Below are positions 1 to 15,469 of a stretch of DNA of 64,000 nt, piece by piece; within the stretch, counting starts at the first letter, position 1, and every line of letters begins with the position of its first letter. Where the stretch lies: positions 11,222,001-11,286,000 of the forward strand of contig OZ024755.1 of NCBI GenBank assembly GCA_964016885.1. Direction: 5' to 3'. The DNA is from Eledone cirrhosa. Taxonomy: Eukaryota. The notes beneath the pieces are model-generated. The model saw only the letters and a list, made by a program, of their open reading frames with translations, was not told where the DNA came from and made no database searches. Position numbers and translations under genes: made by a program.

Positions 1-40
1 TATTGATTTTAATTAATTTAGTTTTGTATTGGTATAATTA

Positions 41-430
41 ATGTATGGATGCGGAATCTGAACACTCACAACCAAGATAGACTAGACAACAATTCAAAAG
101 GCTGTTACGCATCTCATACACAGAACTCAAGACAAATAGGTCTGTCCTGCATCACGTCCTTAAATATGCTGACACGAGGAAACAAGTTCTTGCAACAGTG
201 AAAAGCAGAAAGCACACCTGAAACGGACATGTAACTTGCCATACTTGACTCCCTGTATAAAACCATTGTGCAGGGTACAGTTGAAAGGGGGCGAAGAAGA
301 GGCAAACAAAGACATTTCTATTTCGTCATCATCAAGAACCGGATAGGTCTCAACATTCCGACCTGTTTGCATATGATGAAGGACACATATGAGCAGTGAT
401 AGCTAGCTTCCAGAAAGTCCAGAATCACAT
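41..430 (+). mobile_element. Degenerate RTE-clade LINE, 3' fragment
   Basis: Manual translation gives YGCGI*TLTTK, LLRISYTELKTN, NGHV and SLYKTIVQGTVERGRRRGKQR, which are RTE post-RT C-terminal motifs; stops and frameshifts present. Confidence 0.75.
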
Positions 431-959
431 ATCAACGACTTGTTGAACGAGTTATGAGAAGATAATGGCGAGGAGGAAGATGGTGGTGATGGGGTTTAAT
501 ATAGTTGGCATCAAAAATCTAATTATAAATACATATGCAGTGAGGAGAAAATATTAACTCGAGGATTAATACTATGTTGATCATTTTCACAAATACTGGA
601 GAACAACACTATATTTCTATCTTATAAGACCTCATCAGTTAAGCAAAGATTCTATTTTAGTAGTTAAGAGAGAATTACAAATTAGATGTTCAATATTGTA
701 TATGAATTGACCTGAGCAATTAGCATGATTAAAACTTTAAACAATGTACTTATACGCAAAGTATATAAAAAAAAAATTAGACGCGTTAGTGGTATCATAT
801 TTTATATACTAATCATAAAAAATCTAATTAGAATACTTATTGCAGTAAGGAATAGACAACACTAGGTCAATGAGTAATTAACCTCTGTGATATATTTTTT
901 GTTATTGCATATACAGTATTGATTATATTGTTTATTTAACTTTGATACGCTATATATAA

Positions 960-1160
960 TGTGGTGAACGAGCAGAGTCTTTAGAGCTTCAGATAGAATG
1001 CTTTACAGGATTTAGTGTGGTTATCTGCACTCTGCATTCAAATCCTGCCGAGGCCAATTTGGCCATTTATTCTTTCGAGGTTGAGAGAGGAAGTACCAGC
1101 CCAGTGTTAGGGTTGATTGTCTCTATCTCTCTCAAGAATTCGGTTGTAGTCAAAAGTGGA
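960..1160 (+). mobile_element. Old copy of tRNA-derived SINE family B
   Basis: ttcaaatcctgccgagg...attctttcgaggttga...aagtaccag resembles the younger copies at 49005 and 15470. Confidence 0.55.
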
Positions 1161-2825
1161 GAACGATGAGTGCCTCAATGTTGAAAATACCCAAGATAAA
1201 CCATGTGGCGGTGCGTATTTAAAACGTGTTCCCCACTTGAATACTGAAATTTCTCCCAGGTTAAGTATTGTATGTCTAAGTTTTGTACAAACCCTTTCTG
1301 ATGTTCTTCCTCCTGAAGTTGGAAAAATACATAGAATTAGTAGGTTGTCTACATAAAGATTATTGCGGCTTCACTCTAGATAAGTCCAAATTGAATACAA
1401 ATTATCAAAGGTATTGCAAGAGTTGCTATCTCGTCTTTTTTATTTAGGCAATTGTCTACGCTATTTAATGTGATTTCCTTTAAAACAAACCATTGGGAAT
1501 GATTTGGGAGATCTTTGATTGCCATTTCTAACAAATCAAATGACTTTAGAAAGAATTCCTGATTGGTTCATGTACTTTGACAAGATCGGTATTGGAAAGG
1601 AAGCTGTCGCCATATACCTTTGAAAGTATGCAGTTTCAATATTGATTGAGATCAGAGATACTAACTTAATGTTAATTTCAAACTAATGTAAAACTCTGAG
1701 TTTACCTTTGCACATTATTGTCGTTTCATAGGTGATAATGTCATTTTAGAATAACATAAATAACAACAGTGGTTGTTTGATTGTGACACACTGGAAAGAA
1801 CTTCCTACATTCAATTCAAATCAAAATTGGTAGTTTTCTAGTTAATGTCATTTCAGGCTGTCACGAGAGTATTTTTTTCTCTTTCTCATAAGTTTCATTC
1901 TTCAGGTCTTTCTTCTCCTCTACCCATTCTCCTTATTTTCCTTCTCTCTCCCTTTCATGATGATTATTGTTCTTATTCTTACCATCCAACATAAGCTTTT
2001 GTTTTTCTCATTTCTATCATTATTCTCATACAAATTGGCCATGTTTGTTTTCTTATTTATATCGTTATTCTTCTTACTCTTCTTAATCCCGCCGTTATTT
2101 CTATTTACAGCTTTAAATTCGAATGTTTGCCAAACAGGAAAACATTAAATAGACTTACCAACTGCATACATTTCAATCGCCATTCAGTCATTCACCATTG
2201 CTAACCACGCTAGTTTCAATATCGACCACATTTTTAGGTTTGTTTGTTACAACTATATCTGCCATCATTACAAAAGTCAATGATTTAATTCTACCAACAA
2301 AGTGGGATGTGTGGTTTTTAGTTAAAATCAATAAACTTATATATACAAAGTGGTCAACAGGAAAGAGTATAGACTTGCATGTTCAGGAGTAATAAATTCA
2401 AATACACTGCACCAATTCAAATAAACTGTCTCCTCGGAAAGACACCATCATCCAATAATAAAGAGATTTATTTATACCGTTTCGTTAATGTTTGAGAGAT
2501 ATTCGAATTTGTAAGATGTTAGGGTAAGGCTCTCGATTTCAAATGGCGTCATAGAATCACCATTATGACATGCTGTGCATTAGTTTTCACCATCAGTCGC
2601 GATCACGTACCAGATCTCGTAGCTATCTCCGCTAAACATCTACTTGACCCCTAATGTAACCTGTTCATCACTTTGTCTGCTTCCCTATCACTCACTCTCC
2701 ACGGTATATGTATAGTGATATGTGATTCAGTGGTGCCAAAACGAGCACTCGATACACGTAGCAGTTCGGTACACAGAAGAGTAAATAAATGTAAACGAAA
2801 CATCATCGTATTTCTTAATACATAC

Positions 2826-2890
<65 letters not shown>

Positions 2891-2893
<3 letters not shown>

Positions 2894-3398
2894 GGCTGCA
2901 AACTCTAAGTGTATTGCCATTGCTTGTCAGATTACAGAAAATGGTGCACCTTTAAGCTACGGCCACCCACACGATTCTGTAACAGATCACGAACAAAGCC
3001 TGTGCTTTGAGGGCCTTTTTAAGTGAGGAAAGGCCTTCCACTCGACCAATCCCACTCTCTGAGCATGGAAAACACTACCCAAAAAGGAGAACTGGTCAAC
3101 ATCATCGGATGCTTCAGAGGCCACAGGTTTTTTTTTTCAGAGTTTCCCTCTGCTAAAAAGGGGTTGTGACAACAACTGGAGGCCTTTCACTCCCAGGTGA
3201 AAGAAAAAGTGCAATTTGGATGGCCGTTGACTGCTGAGTTTCTCTGCCCTTTGCCGGGTCTTGTATTTCATCCTACAGGGTGTCCAAATATCACCCTCCT
3301 CACCAAGCGAGCTTGGTGGGGTTGCCGATTTAGTCGCCGACGGCCCGACAGCTTGTACTGGGTTACATGTTACCAGTAACAATCGAAAGCGACCTGAC
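2891..3398 (-). mobile_element. Non-autonomous RTE-type element, family A (divergent copy)
   Basis: Reverse complement starts gtcaggtc...ggcgactaaa..ggcaaccccaccaag and ends gcagccat+(TA)n, as in the 4741-5342 copy. Confidence 0.7.
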
Positions 3399-3831
3399 AC
3401 TCACACACGCAAATACACATATATGTATACATACATACACACACACATATATACAAACACATATATACATGTACATATATATATACACACACACATGTAT
3501 ATAAGATTATACACATTATCAAAATCTATATAACTTATATAGAAACTGACGCTGAAAATAAAAGGCACATTATATGATTATTTCCCTGCGTCGGTCATAT
3601 AGTACATAGTATTTACTGTAGACTTTAGGTATGCTTTTAATATTCATCTACTGATCATTCCACGTCTGTTACACATGGAAAGAGCTTCAGAGTAATAAAG
3701 AATCACGCCTGTCAATTAAATCAATCAATCTATCTTTCCATTTATCTATCTATACATATTTTATTTAACTATCAACATACGTATTTATCGATTGACATTT
3801 TTCCGATTCTTTAACGGTCTCATTTCATAAG

Positions 3832-3921
<90 letters not shown>

Positions 3922-3960
3922 AAGGTTAAACAAGGTTCGATGAATAAATCAAAGTTATTT

Positions 3961-4032
3961 TATTTTATTTTATCTGATGAGGACGTACTGTTGAAGTGAG
4001 CTCAGTACCTCTGAAATATGTATAATAAAATA
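3961..4032 (+). ncRNA. Type I minimal hammerhead ribozyme motif in a Penelope-like end (partly degenerate)
   Basis: tta-t-CTGATGA-ggacgtactg...cagtacctct-GAAA-tatg-TA-taa; island between (TA)n tracts. Confidence 0.7.
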
Positions 4033-4074
4033 TACTTGATCACAATGAAGTTCTATTTTTGTTAATATTTTGAA

Positions 4075-4113
<39 letters not shown>

Positions 4114-4203
4114 GTATGCGTGTGTGTATGTGTGACTAAAAGCAAGTATATATATATATAACTTATTCATATACTCTCACGTTAGTGTATGTATGTATGT
4201 ATG

Positions 4204-4240
<37 letters not shown>

Positions 4241-4261
4241 CTATATATATATTGTGTGAAA

Positions 4262-4565
4262 TCGCCTGGCTTAGTGGCTAGAAGGTTAGATTCACAATAT
4301 TGACGTGTTGTGAGTTCGATTCCTGAAACAGGCGTTGCGTTGTTTCCTTGGGCAAGGACACTATTTCACGCTGCTCCACTTCACTCAACTGTAGAAATAA
4401 GTTGCAACGTCTCTGGTGTATCAGCCTTAGATATCATTGGTGGTGTAGAGAGGGGAGACTGGTATGTATGGGCGACTACTGATCTTCCACAAATTCACCT
4501 TGCCCTGGGAGTTTTCTTGATGCAAAACCCATGGTAATTCGTTATTGAAGGAGGCCTTTACCCCA
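4262..4565 (+). mobile_element. tRNA-derived SINE family C
   Basis: A box tggcttagtgg, B box gagttcgattcc, then cttgggcaag...tatttcac core. Related copies near 10750, 19205, 23220(-), 25520, 27230, 34820, 42000(-), 49670(-), 51570, 57555, 60670. Confidence 0.8.
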
Positions 4566-4687
4566 TACATACATAACTAAGCATTTATATTTCGTTTTAG
4601 ATTTAAAGCTATACAAATGACTAAATGGCCAGGAGTACCATGCTTAGGTTCAGCTTACATGCGCTTTTTAACCAGCCCTATACGTAT

Positions 4688-4737
<50 letters not shown>

Positions 4738-4740
4738 CAG

Positions 4741-5342
4741 GTCAGGTCACCAGTTGGTGCCACTGGTAACATATATCCCAGTACAACCTGTCTCATGGTC
4801 GGGTCGTTGGCGACTAAACTGGCAACCCCACCAAGGTTTCTTGGTGAGGAGGGTGACTTTGGACATCCTGCAGGACTAAAAACAAAACCTGTCAAAGGGC
4901 AAAGGATCTCTTAAGAATCAATGGCCATCCAAAATCACCGGCAGAGATGACACCTTAGCCTTTGTCAAGGCAGAATTCTAGGAGAAGGAAAACTCTGATA
5001 TAACACCTGCAACCCTGATGGTATCCAATGATGTTGACTTGTTCTTTTTGGTAAATATCATCTTGGTTAAGAGAGTGGGACTGGCTTTGTGCAGTGCCTT
5101 TGCTCACTATAAAAGCTTCACGGGACAGGCATTGCTTTATATCTGGAGATCTCTCTGCACTTGTCACATGGTACCATGGGCCCAGCACTATGTGTCAATA
5201 ATTGTCACAAGTGTAGTGTTTGTACCAGAGTTTTCAAGTCGCTGGCTGGACTAAAAAGTCACACTCGTTCAGCGCATCGGTAGGGGTTCTCCTACATGGA
5301 TATAAAGTAGTGGCCGTACTCGGAAACGAGTTGGCAGCCACC
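4741..5342 (+). mobile_element. Non-autonomous RTE-type element, family A
   Basis: About 600 bp with ctaggagaaggaaaactctga motif; near-identical inverted copy at 7054-7680; (TA)n tail. Confidence 0.8.
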
Positions 5343-5359
5343 CTATATATATATAGAAG

Positions 5360-5392
<33 letters not shown>

Positions 5393-5709
5393 TTTTTTTT
5401 CGGAAAACAGACATGCAATCAGACAGAGAAATCATATAACCTGAAATAATTGAACAAAAAAATCCTACATAGACCATATGTGAACTATGACATATAAACT
5501 ACATTAGGTTAAATACTACTAAGAGAAGGAGAAGTGTTCGATTTCTGATGAAGGTTAATGTAGGGCATGTTGATTATTGTGGCATGTCGGACTGTAGGTA
5601 GGTTATTAGGTAGCGGTTATGGTAAGTAGTTTCTACAGTAATATTGAGGTAAGCACGTATATTATATAGAGCGAGAGAGAGAGTAGCGAGAGTGAAAATG
5701 AAGCACACG

Positions 5710-7052
<1,343 letters not shown>

Positions 7053-7053
7053 T

Positions 7054-7680
7054 GGTGGCTGCCAACTCGTTTTCGAGTACGGCCACTACTTTATATGTAG
7101 GAGAACCCCTACCGATGCGCTGAACGAGTGTGAATTTTTAGTCCAGCCAGCGACTTGAAAACTCTGGTACAAACGCTACACTTGTGACAATTATTGACAC
7201 ATAGTGCTGGGCCCATGGTACCATGTGATGACAAGTACAGAGAGATCTCCAGATATAAAGCAATGCCTGTGCCGTGAAGCTTTTATAGTGAGGAAAGGCA
7301 CTGCACAAAGCCAGTCCCACTCTCTTAACCAAGATGATATTTACCAAAAAGAAGAACAAGTCAACATCATTGGATACCATCAGGGTTGCAGGTGTTATAT
7401 CAGAGTTTTCCTTCTCCTAGAATTCTGCCTTGACAAAGGCTAAGGGGTCATGTCTCCCGGTGATTTTGGATGGCCATTGACTCTTAAGAGCTCCTTTGCC
7501 CTTTTGACAGGTTTTGTTTTTAGTCCTGCAGGATGTCCAAAGTCACCCTCCTCACCAAGAAACCTTGGTGGGGTTGCCAGTTTAGTCGCCAACGACTCGA
7601 CCATGAGACAGGTTGTACTGGGATACATATATATGGGATACATCCATGTCAGGTCACTAGTTGGTGCTACTGGTAACATA
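7054..7680 (-). mobile_element. Family A element with inverted 5' terminus
   Basis: 7054-7625 is the reverse complement of about 4775-5342, while 7648-7680 carries the element's first about 33 nt in + orientation. Confidence 0.85.
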
Positions 7681-7727
7681 TATATATATACACACATATA
7701 TACACACATATATATATATATACACAC

Positions 7728-7822
<95 letters not shown>

Positions 7823-8447
7823 TATATATATATACACATATATACACATACATATATATACACATACATATATATATATACACACATATATACACATATA
7901 CATATATATATACACATATATACACATATACATATATATATATACACACATATATATACACATACATATACACACATATATATACACATATACATATACA
8001 CATACATATATATATACACATATACATATATATACATATATATATATACACATAGACATATATATATACACATACACATATACATATACACATACACATA
8101 TACATATATATGCACATATACATATATATGCACATATACATATATATGCACATATACATATATACATATATATACACATATACATATATATATACACATA
8201 TACATATATATATACACATATACATATATATATATATACACATATACATATATATATATACACATATACAAATATATATATACACATACATATATATATA
8301 TACACATATACATATATATATATACACATATACATATATATACACATACATATATATATATATACACGTACATATATATATATATATATACACATATACA
8401 TATATATATACACACATATACATATATATATATATACACACATATAC

Positions 8448-8478
<31 letters not shown>

Positions 8479-8489
8479 CACACATATAC

Positions 8490-8520
<31 letters not shown>

Positions 8521-8615
8521 CACACACATATACATATATATACACATACATATATATATATATATATACACACACATACATATATATATATATACACATA
8601 TACATATATATACAC

Positions 8616-8647
<32 letters not shown>

Positions 8648-8649
8648 AC

Positions 8650-8705
<56 letters not shown>

Positions 8706-8881
8706 ATATATACACATATACATATATATATATATACACATATACATATATATATATATACACATATATATATATATATACACATATATATATATATATA
8801 CACATATACATATATATATACACATATACACACATATATATATATATATATACACATATACATATATATATACACATATAC

Positions 8882-8952
<71 letters not shown>

Positions 8953-9729
8953 TATATACACATATATACACATATATATATATACACATATACACATACA
9001 TATATATACACATATACACATACATATATATACACATATATATATATATACACATATACATATATATATATACACATACACATATATATATATACACATA
9101 CATATATATACACATACATATATATACACATATACATATATATACACATATACATATATATACACATATACATATATATATATACACATATATATATATA
9201 CACATATACATATATACACATATACATATATATATATACACATATACATATATATATACACATATACATATATATATACACATATACATATATATATATA
9301 CACACATACATATATATATATATATACACATATACATATATATATATATACACATATACATATATATATACACATACACATATATATATACACATACACA
9401 TATACATATATATATTCACATACACATATATATATACACATACACATATACATATATATATTCACATATACATAAATATACACATATATACACATATACC
9501 TATATATATACACATATACATATATATACACATATATATACATATATATACACATATACATACATATATATACACATATACATACATATATATACACATA
9601 TACATACATATATATACACATATACATACATATATATACACATATACATACATATATATATACACATATACATATACACATATGCATATATATATATACA
9701 CATATACACATATATATATACACATATGC

Positions 9730-9760
<31 letters not shown>

Positions 9761-9783
9761 TATACATATATAAACATATATAT

Positions 9784-9820
<37 letters not shown>

Positions 9821-9900
9821 TATACATATATATATATACACATAAATATATATATATACATATATATATACACATATATATGTACATAAATATATATATA
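7678..9900. repeat. 2.2-kb compound (TA)n/(CA)n/(TACA)n microsatellite
   Basis: Direct reading. Confidence 0.97.
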
Positions 9901-10411
9901 AGGATGAAAGGCAAAGTTATCCTCCGCGGGATTTGAACTCAGACCGAAAACGGACGTAACTCTATGCTGCAAAGCATGGCGTTCGACTCTCTACCGATAC
10001 TGCCAATCCGTCAATAATTGTTTCTACTTTTGGCACAAGGCCAGCAAATAACCAGTACATTACTGGTACTTTATTTTATCGACCCCGTAAGGATGAAAGG
10101 CAAAGTTAACCTCGGCGGGATCTGAACTCAGAAGGGCCGTAACTTTATGCGTCAAAGCATGGCGTCCGACCCTCTTCCGATACTGCCAATTCACCGCCAA
10201 TCCGTAAATAATTGTTTCTACTTTTGGCACTAGGCCAGCAATAACCCAGTGCATTACTGGTACTTTATTTTATCGACCGTGTAAGGATGAAAGGCAAAGT
10301 TAACCTCGGCGGGATTTGAACTCAGAATAGAAAGAGCCGTAACTCTATGCATCAAAGCATGGCGTCTGACCCTCTACTGATACTGCCAATCCACCGCCAA
10401 TCTGTAAATAA
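9901..10411 (-). mobile_element. Head-to-tail trimer of SINE family B
   Basis: Three copies of aggatgaaaggcaaagtt...gatttgaactcaga...tactgccaat, units joined at aataat tails. Confidence 0.9.
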
Positions 10412-11170
10412 TGAAGGGTAAATATGTTTTACTTTTAACTATATTAGAAGAACCGTAGTTAAGTTATGCTACAAATGAGAAAATTAGTTATTGTACTAAT
10501 TCCTTCTAAATTTATGATTATTTTCAAAATATTTGAAAATTAAAGGCAGTGTATTTCGTTAGAAATGTAAGGAAAGGGATATTTCTCATATATCTGCCAT
10601 ATACAGTCAAGTCAACCACAATAAAAGGTATACTATATTGGGCTTTTTCGTTTTTTTCTATGAGCCAATCTCATATTCGCCACATTTCCTCCACACTATT
10701 GATAAGGTAAAGTGTTCACTGCAAGTATAAACATGCCGTCCCCTCATAAGGTGGCTGCCTTAGTGGTTAGGATGTTGAGCTCATGATCATAAAGACCACC
10801 AGAGAGGAGGTGCGTTGTGCTCTTGAACAAGTCACTTTATTTCACATTATTCCGGTTCATTCAACTGGCAAAAATGAGTTGCACCTATAATTCAAATGGT
10901 CTGCCTTGTCAGTCTGTGAGTTACTCTGACTCATTCTGAGAATTACCCTTAAGGATACATGTGTCGGTGGAATGTTCAGCTATTTACAAGGTAATTTCAA
11001 GAGGAGGCTGTTTCGATCATAGAACTAGAAGACGTATCGCCGCAAGCAACACAACCAATACAAACAATATTATAATGGGACAGTATCTCTAAAATTTATA
11101 ATCCTGTGTTTACATGTGTGTGCTTAACGACCAATTAGTGAAGATGAGATCACATATATATATATATATA

Positions 11171-11455
11171 GCGCGCCATCAACCACTTTTCTAAAAAAAC
11201 AAATCATACACAAAACGCCAGAACCAACGGATTTGCAAGAGATGTCAACTTGAATGGACCTCTTATTTTTATCTAAAGACATTTTTTCCAATTCCATCCC
11301 GCCCCTCCCCTTAATCTATTTTATTTCTCATTCTTTCTTCTGATGAAGGACTAGCGTCCGAAACGTTAAGATCCTCTTCCTGCTATATCAAGCGTTAACC
11401 TAATATAAAACTTCCATATACTGTACCAATTGTGGTTATTTCTGTTTACCTTTTA
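11171..11455 (+). mobile_element. Penelope-like element 3' end
   Basis: Frameshifted KRCQLE...FYLKTFFP resembles a GIY-YIG C-terminus, followed by a hammerhead and (TA)n. Confidence 0.6.
11336..11371 (+). ncRNA. Type I minimal hammerhead ribozyme, apparently intact
   Basis: tctt-CTGATGA-a-ggac tagc gtcc-GAAA-cg-TT-aaga: stems I and II pair perfectly; stem III is the palindrome AACGTT. Confidence 0.85.
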
Positions 11456-11475
11456 CATACATATATATATATATT

Positions 11476-12015
11476 CTATTCTAGGGCGAGCGGGAAAAAT
11501 TCCCGAGATCCATGGACGAGTTCTCTCCAGCGGTCTCTGTCCCTCATTGTCGCTGCCATTTCCTGTGTCTCCAACAGACCAGTGTCTGTCCTTAGGGCAT
11601 CAACGTACGTTAACCTTGGTCTTCCTCTTCCAGTGTGTCCATGTAGGGGCTCCCAGAGGAGCACTGAGTGCAATGTCAACTCTGGATGTCGATGAGCATG
11701 TCCAGCCAACCTCAGTCTCCTCTGTGTGACTGTTGAGCTGACTTTCTGTATTTGTGAGCAAAGATTGGGAATACGGAAGATGATGTGGTTGAGAGGGAGA
11801 GCAAAGCCTGGGCGGCGTGCCACAGCTTGAGATCAGTGTGGAAGTCGGACCTTTGTAAAGACCTGAAAATCCGCCTCTTCATTGCTGTAGTGGAGTCTGT
11901 GCTGCTGTATGGGTATGAGACTTGGACACTGACCAAGAAACTCACTCAGATGGTGGATGGATGCTACTCAAGAATGCTGAGGATGGCTGTGAGCATTAAT
12001 CAGTATACCGAGGAT
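11476..12015 (-). mobile_element. RTE/RTE-X LINE 3' fragment with 5' inversion
   Basis: Minus strand: QRRLRLAGHAHRHPE...LLWEPLHGHTGRGRPRLTYVD...DRDRWR. Plus strand 11785-12010: upstream part KIRLFIAVVESVLLYGYETWTLTK...YSRMLRMA. Confidence 0.9.
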
Positions 12016-12019
12016 GAAA

Positions 12020-12071
<52 letters not shown>

Positions 12072-12783
12072 GTATGAGAGTGTGTGTGAGAGAGTATTTA
12101 TACACACCGCATATATACACCCCACTCTAACATCTACACACAATAATTATACTTCCACTACAAAATGTCTTGAATATTTGTTCTCTCATTTATGAAACAT
12201 ACACTCGTGTGTGTGTGATTATATGTACGTATGTGTGTGTGTGTGTGATTATGTGTGCGTATATGTGTGTGTGTGCGTGTGTGGAGAGAGAAGTGTGTGT
12301 GCGCGTGTGTGGAGAGAGAAGTTTCTGTGCGTTTGCATGTGTGCTTGAAAACTTCAACTGATACATTACAATTTCTCAAGCATTTTTTCAATATTTGTAT
12401 CAGAATTAAATGTCAGATCCTTTTGTCTGATTTCCTTGTCTGCGGGTTTCTCACTTATGTTATTATTATTATCATCATCATCATTATTATTATTATTATT
12501 ATCGCTTTGGTTTTTTCATGTTTTTCCTCTATGAAACATTGAGGCAAGTCATGCTGAACGTTAAAGTTCAAGGCCTATATTTAGTAGACCAAACTTAAGC
12601 ATCCTCGTCTTTACTACTCAAAAGTCAATACAGGCAGTATTTTGCCTCAGGTCCTAAAAACCAAAGTTACTTATCTTAAAGAACATATTTGCTCAGTAAC
12701 TATTAGCTAATTTGGGTTGTTATACAAACTACCAACATGCAATCTCAAAGATAGCGTTTTGCCACTGATATAAGCTTTATATA

Positions 12784-12906
<123 letters not shown>

Positions 12907-13021
12907 GTGTGTGGTGTGTGGTGTGTGGTGTGTGTGTGTGTGTGTCAGACAGACCGACAGATTCCAATTTATATCCAATATTATTTGTCATATGAGCTGT
13001 TTCTAATTGCTTTGTATCTGA

Positions 13022-13475
13022 GTGCAGCCTGGGCAAATGGTTGAGCAATTCGCTTCGGAATCATTTGGAAACGAGCTCGATCCCATTGCGTGGTAACTTG
13101 GACAAAAGTCTTTGCCTGAGCTTCGGGTCGACCCATAATTTCTGTGTGAAATTATGTAGGCAGAAACTGTTGAAGCCCTTGGGATGGGATGTACCTGTAA
13201 TTTAAAAGTCCACTTTTGTCCTACACTGGCACACTGAACATTCCTGACAATTTCATTAACGCTACACGTGTCTGTGGAAGGATCGGCCACTCATTAATTT
13301 CACTAACAACATATTCCATTTTTCGACCTGCTGGAACTCTCATCTTCGAACCTGATGAAGGTCCAAATCCCGCCGAGGTTATCTTTGCCTTTCATCCTTA
13401 CGGGATCGATTAAATAAAGTACCAGTAATACACTGTGTAATTGCTGGCCTTGTGCCAAAAGTAGAAACAATTATT
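13022..13475 (+). mobile_element. Adjacent SINEs (CORE-like family D, family C body, family B 3' part)
   Basis: gatcccattgcgtggtaacttggacaa...gaaactg..gaagccc, also near 18405, 27590, 37050, 56450; family B core at 13365-13475. Confidence 0.7.
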
Positions 13476-14054
13476 TTGTGTGAGTGAGTGAGTGAGTGAG
13501 TGAGTGAGTGTGTGCGAGTGTGTGTGTGCGAGTGTGAGTGTGCGAGTGTGTGTGTGTGTGTGTGCGCGCGCGCGACCGCACATGTATGTGAGCTGTGCAA
13601 CTCGTATGCGTGTCGTTGTCTATTACATTAAGACTAGAGAACAATGTTAATAAATCTCCCGTGTTTCAGCGAAACTATAAAACTAAGTGTTTTCTAGATA
13701 TAATAGACATTTCCTTATCATTCCATCTCTTCCCTATCCATGTTCTCCTTCTCTCTCACTTTCACCACTCTTGTCTTTTCATGTAGATATGCGCCTTCAG
13801 ACGCACACCTACGTGCAGACATGGGGAGGGGCGTAATGTGAAGGGGTGTCGGTCTGTGTATATGTCTACTTGTGTGTATCAATGTGTGTGTATATGGGGG
13901 CGTGTTTGTGGGTGGCCCTGTCTCTCGTGTGCGTGTGAATACGAGGCTGTATATGTGGGTGGCTCTGTGTATGTATTTGTGTGTGCCTATGGAAGTGTGT
14001 GTGTGCCTGTGAAAGTGTTTGTGTGTGAAAGTGTTTGTGTGTGAAAGTGTTTGT

Positions 14055-14428
14055 GTGTGCCTGTATGTGATTGTATGTGTGCGATTGTATGTGTGCCTGT
14101 ATGTGTGCCTGTATGTGATTGTATGTGATTGTATGTGTGCCTGTATGTGATTGTATGTGTGCCTGTATGTGATTGTATGTGTGCCTGTATGTGATTGTAT
14201 GTGTGCCTGTGTGTGCCTGTATGTGATTGTATGTGTGCCTGTATGTGATTGTATGTGTGCCTGTATGTGATTGTATGTGTGCCTGTATGTGATTGTATGT
14301 GTGCCTGTATGTGATTGTATGTGTGCCTGTATGTGATTGTATGTGTGCCTGTATGTGATTGTATGTGTGCCTGTATGTGATTGTATGTGTGCCTGTATGT
14401 GATTGTGTGTGTGTCTGTATGTGATTGT
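14055..14428. repeat. 22-bp minisatellite (gtgcctgtatgtgattgtatgt)n
   Basis: Direct reading; about 15 or more mostly perfect units. Confidence 0.95.
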
Positions 14429-14838
14429 GTCTCTGCGCACATATCTCAATATTTCTCAGTCGTATATACATGAAATAATGTTATACTTAATAGTTGAGGG
14501 AGTCCAGCGACAATTTACACAGGTTGCTGTTGATAGACAATCGTTAGACCGTCATTAGTCGGCCGTTAGACAGTAGTTAGACGTTCTTTATGGTGACAGA
14601 CCACTTTCATCTCGTGTTTTACTTCCAGAACAAACCAGAACAAACCGTACCCAATTTCATTTTAACGCAGAAGGACCATTAATCTACGTACATCATTTTC
14701 TTCATTCAGTTGGCAATTTGTATCACTTAGGCGGGTTGTTGTATTGTAACTTATCAGTGTTTGTATCTGCCGAGTTTGTTTTTGTGCATATATGCACGTG
14801 TGTGTGACTATATATATATTTGTGTATGTGTTTTTCCC

Positions 14839-14888
<50 letters not shown>

Positions 14889-15280
14889 AAAATACACACA
14901 CACATATATATATATGCATATGGTATGTGTGTGTGTGAGAAAAACAGACACAAATATAGTCACAAATACAAATTGATTACATAATATACGTGTGTATGTG
15001 TGTATAGCTATATATAGTATGTGGGTGTGTGTGTAGCTATATATAGTATGTGCGTGTGTGTGCGTGCGTGCGTGCGTGCGTGCGTGTGTGTATTATTTAA
15101 TCAATTCACATGTCCGGGTAGAGTTGGTAAGCCGTGATAGATAATGCCCCTTATAATTATCAAACAAATACATGACAGACACACAGGAGAATATAGAAGG
15201 CAAAAGTAAAAATAAATATGTTAAGCAAGCACAACTAGTCACTAGATGAATGTTTCTCTTTCTGCTGTGTGTGTGTTTTC

Positions 15281-15314
<34 letters not shown>

Positions 15315-15469
15315 TAAAATAACAGATTAAAGTTTAAGCAAAGAATCGCTGCTTTCACCCTTAACGGGATCTTCTGAAACTGAAAAAAATCAATCTGTGA
15401 ACGGTTCCTATATATTTGATATATATTTATCCTTATCGAGCCCTCTTTGGATTTCAGTCTTAAAATGTA

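Noticed and set aside
4955-5254. Duplicated 78-aa ORFs at 5018 and 7138
   Set aside because: Simply the two family A copies; no coding signature.
13350-13362. CTGATGA words at 13352, 31215, 40444 and 56582
   Set aside because: No stem II followed by GAAA; SINE sequence or truncated ends.
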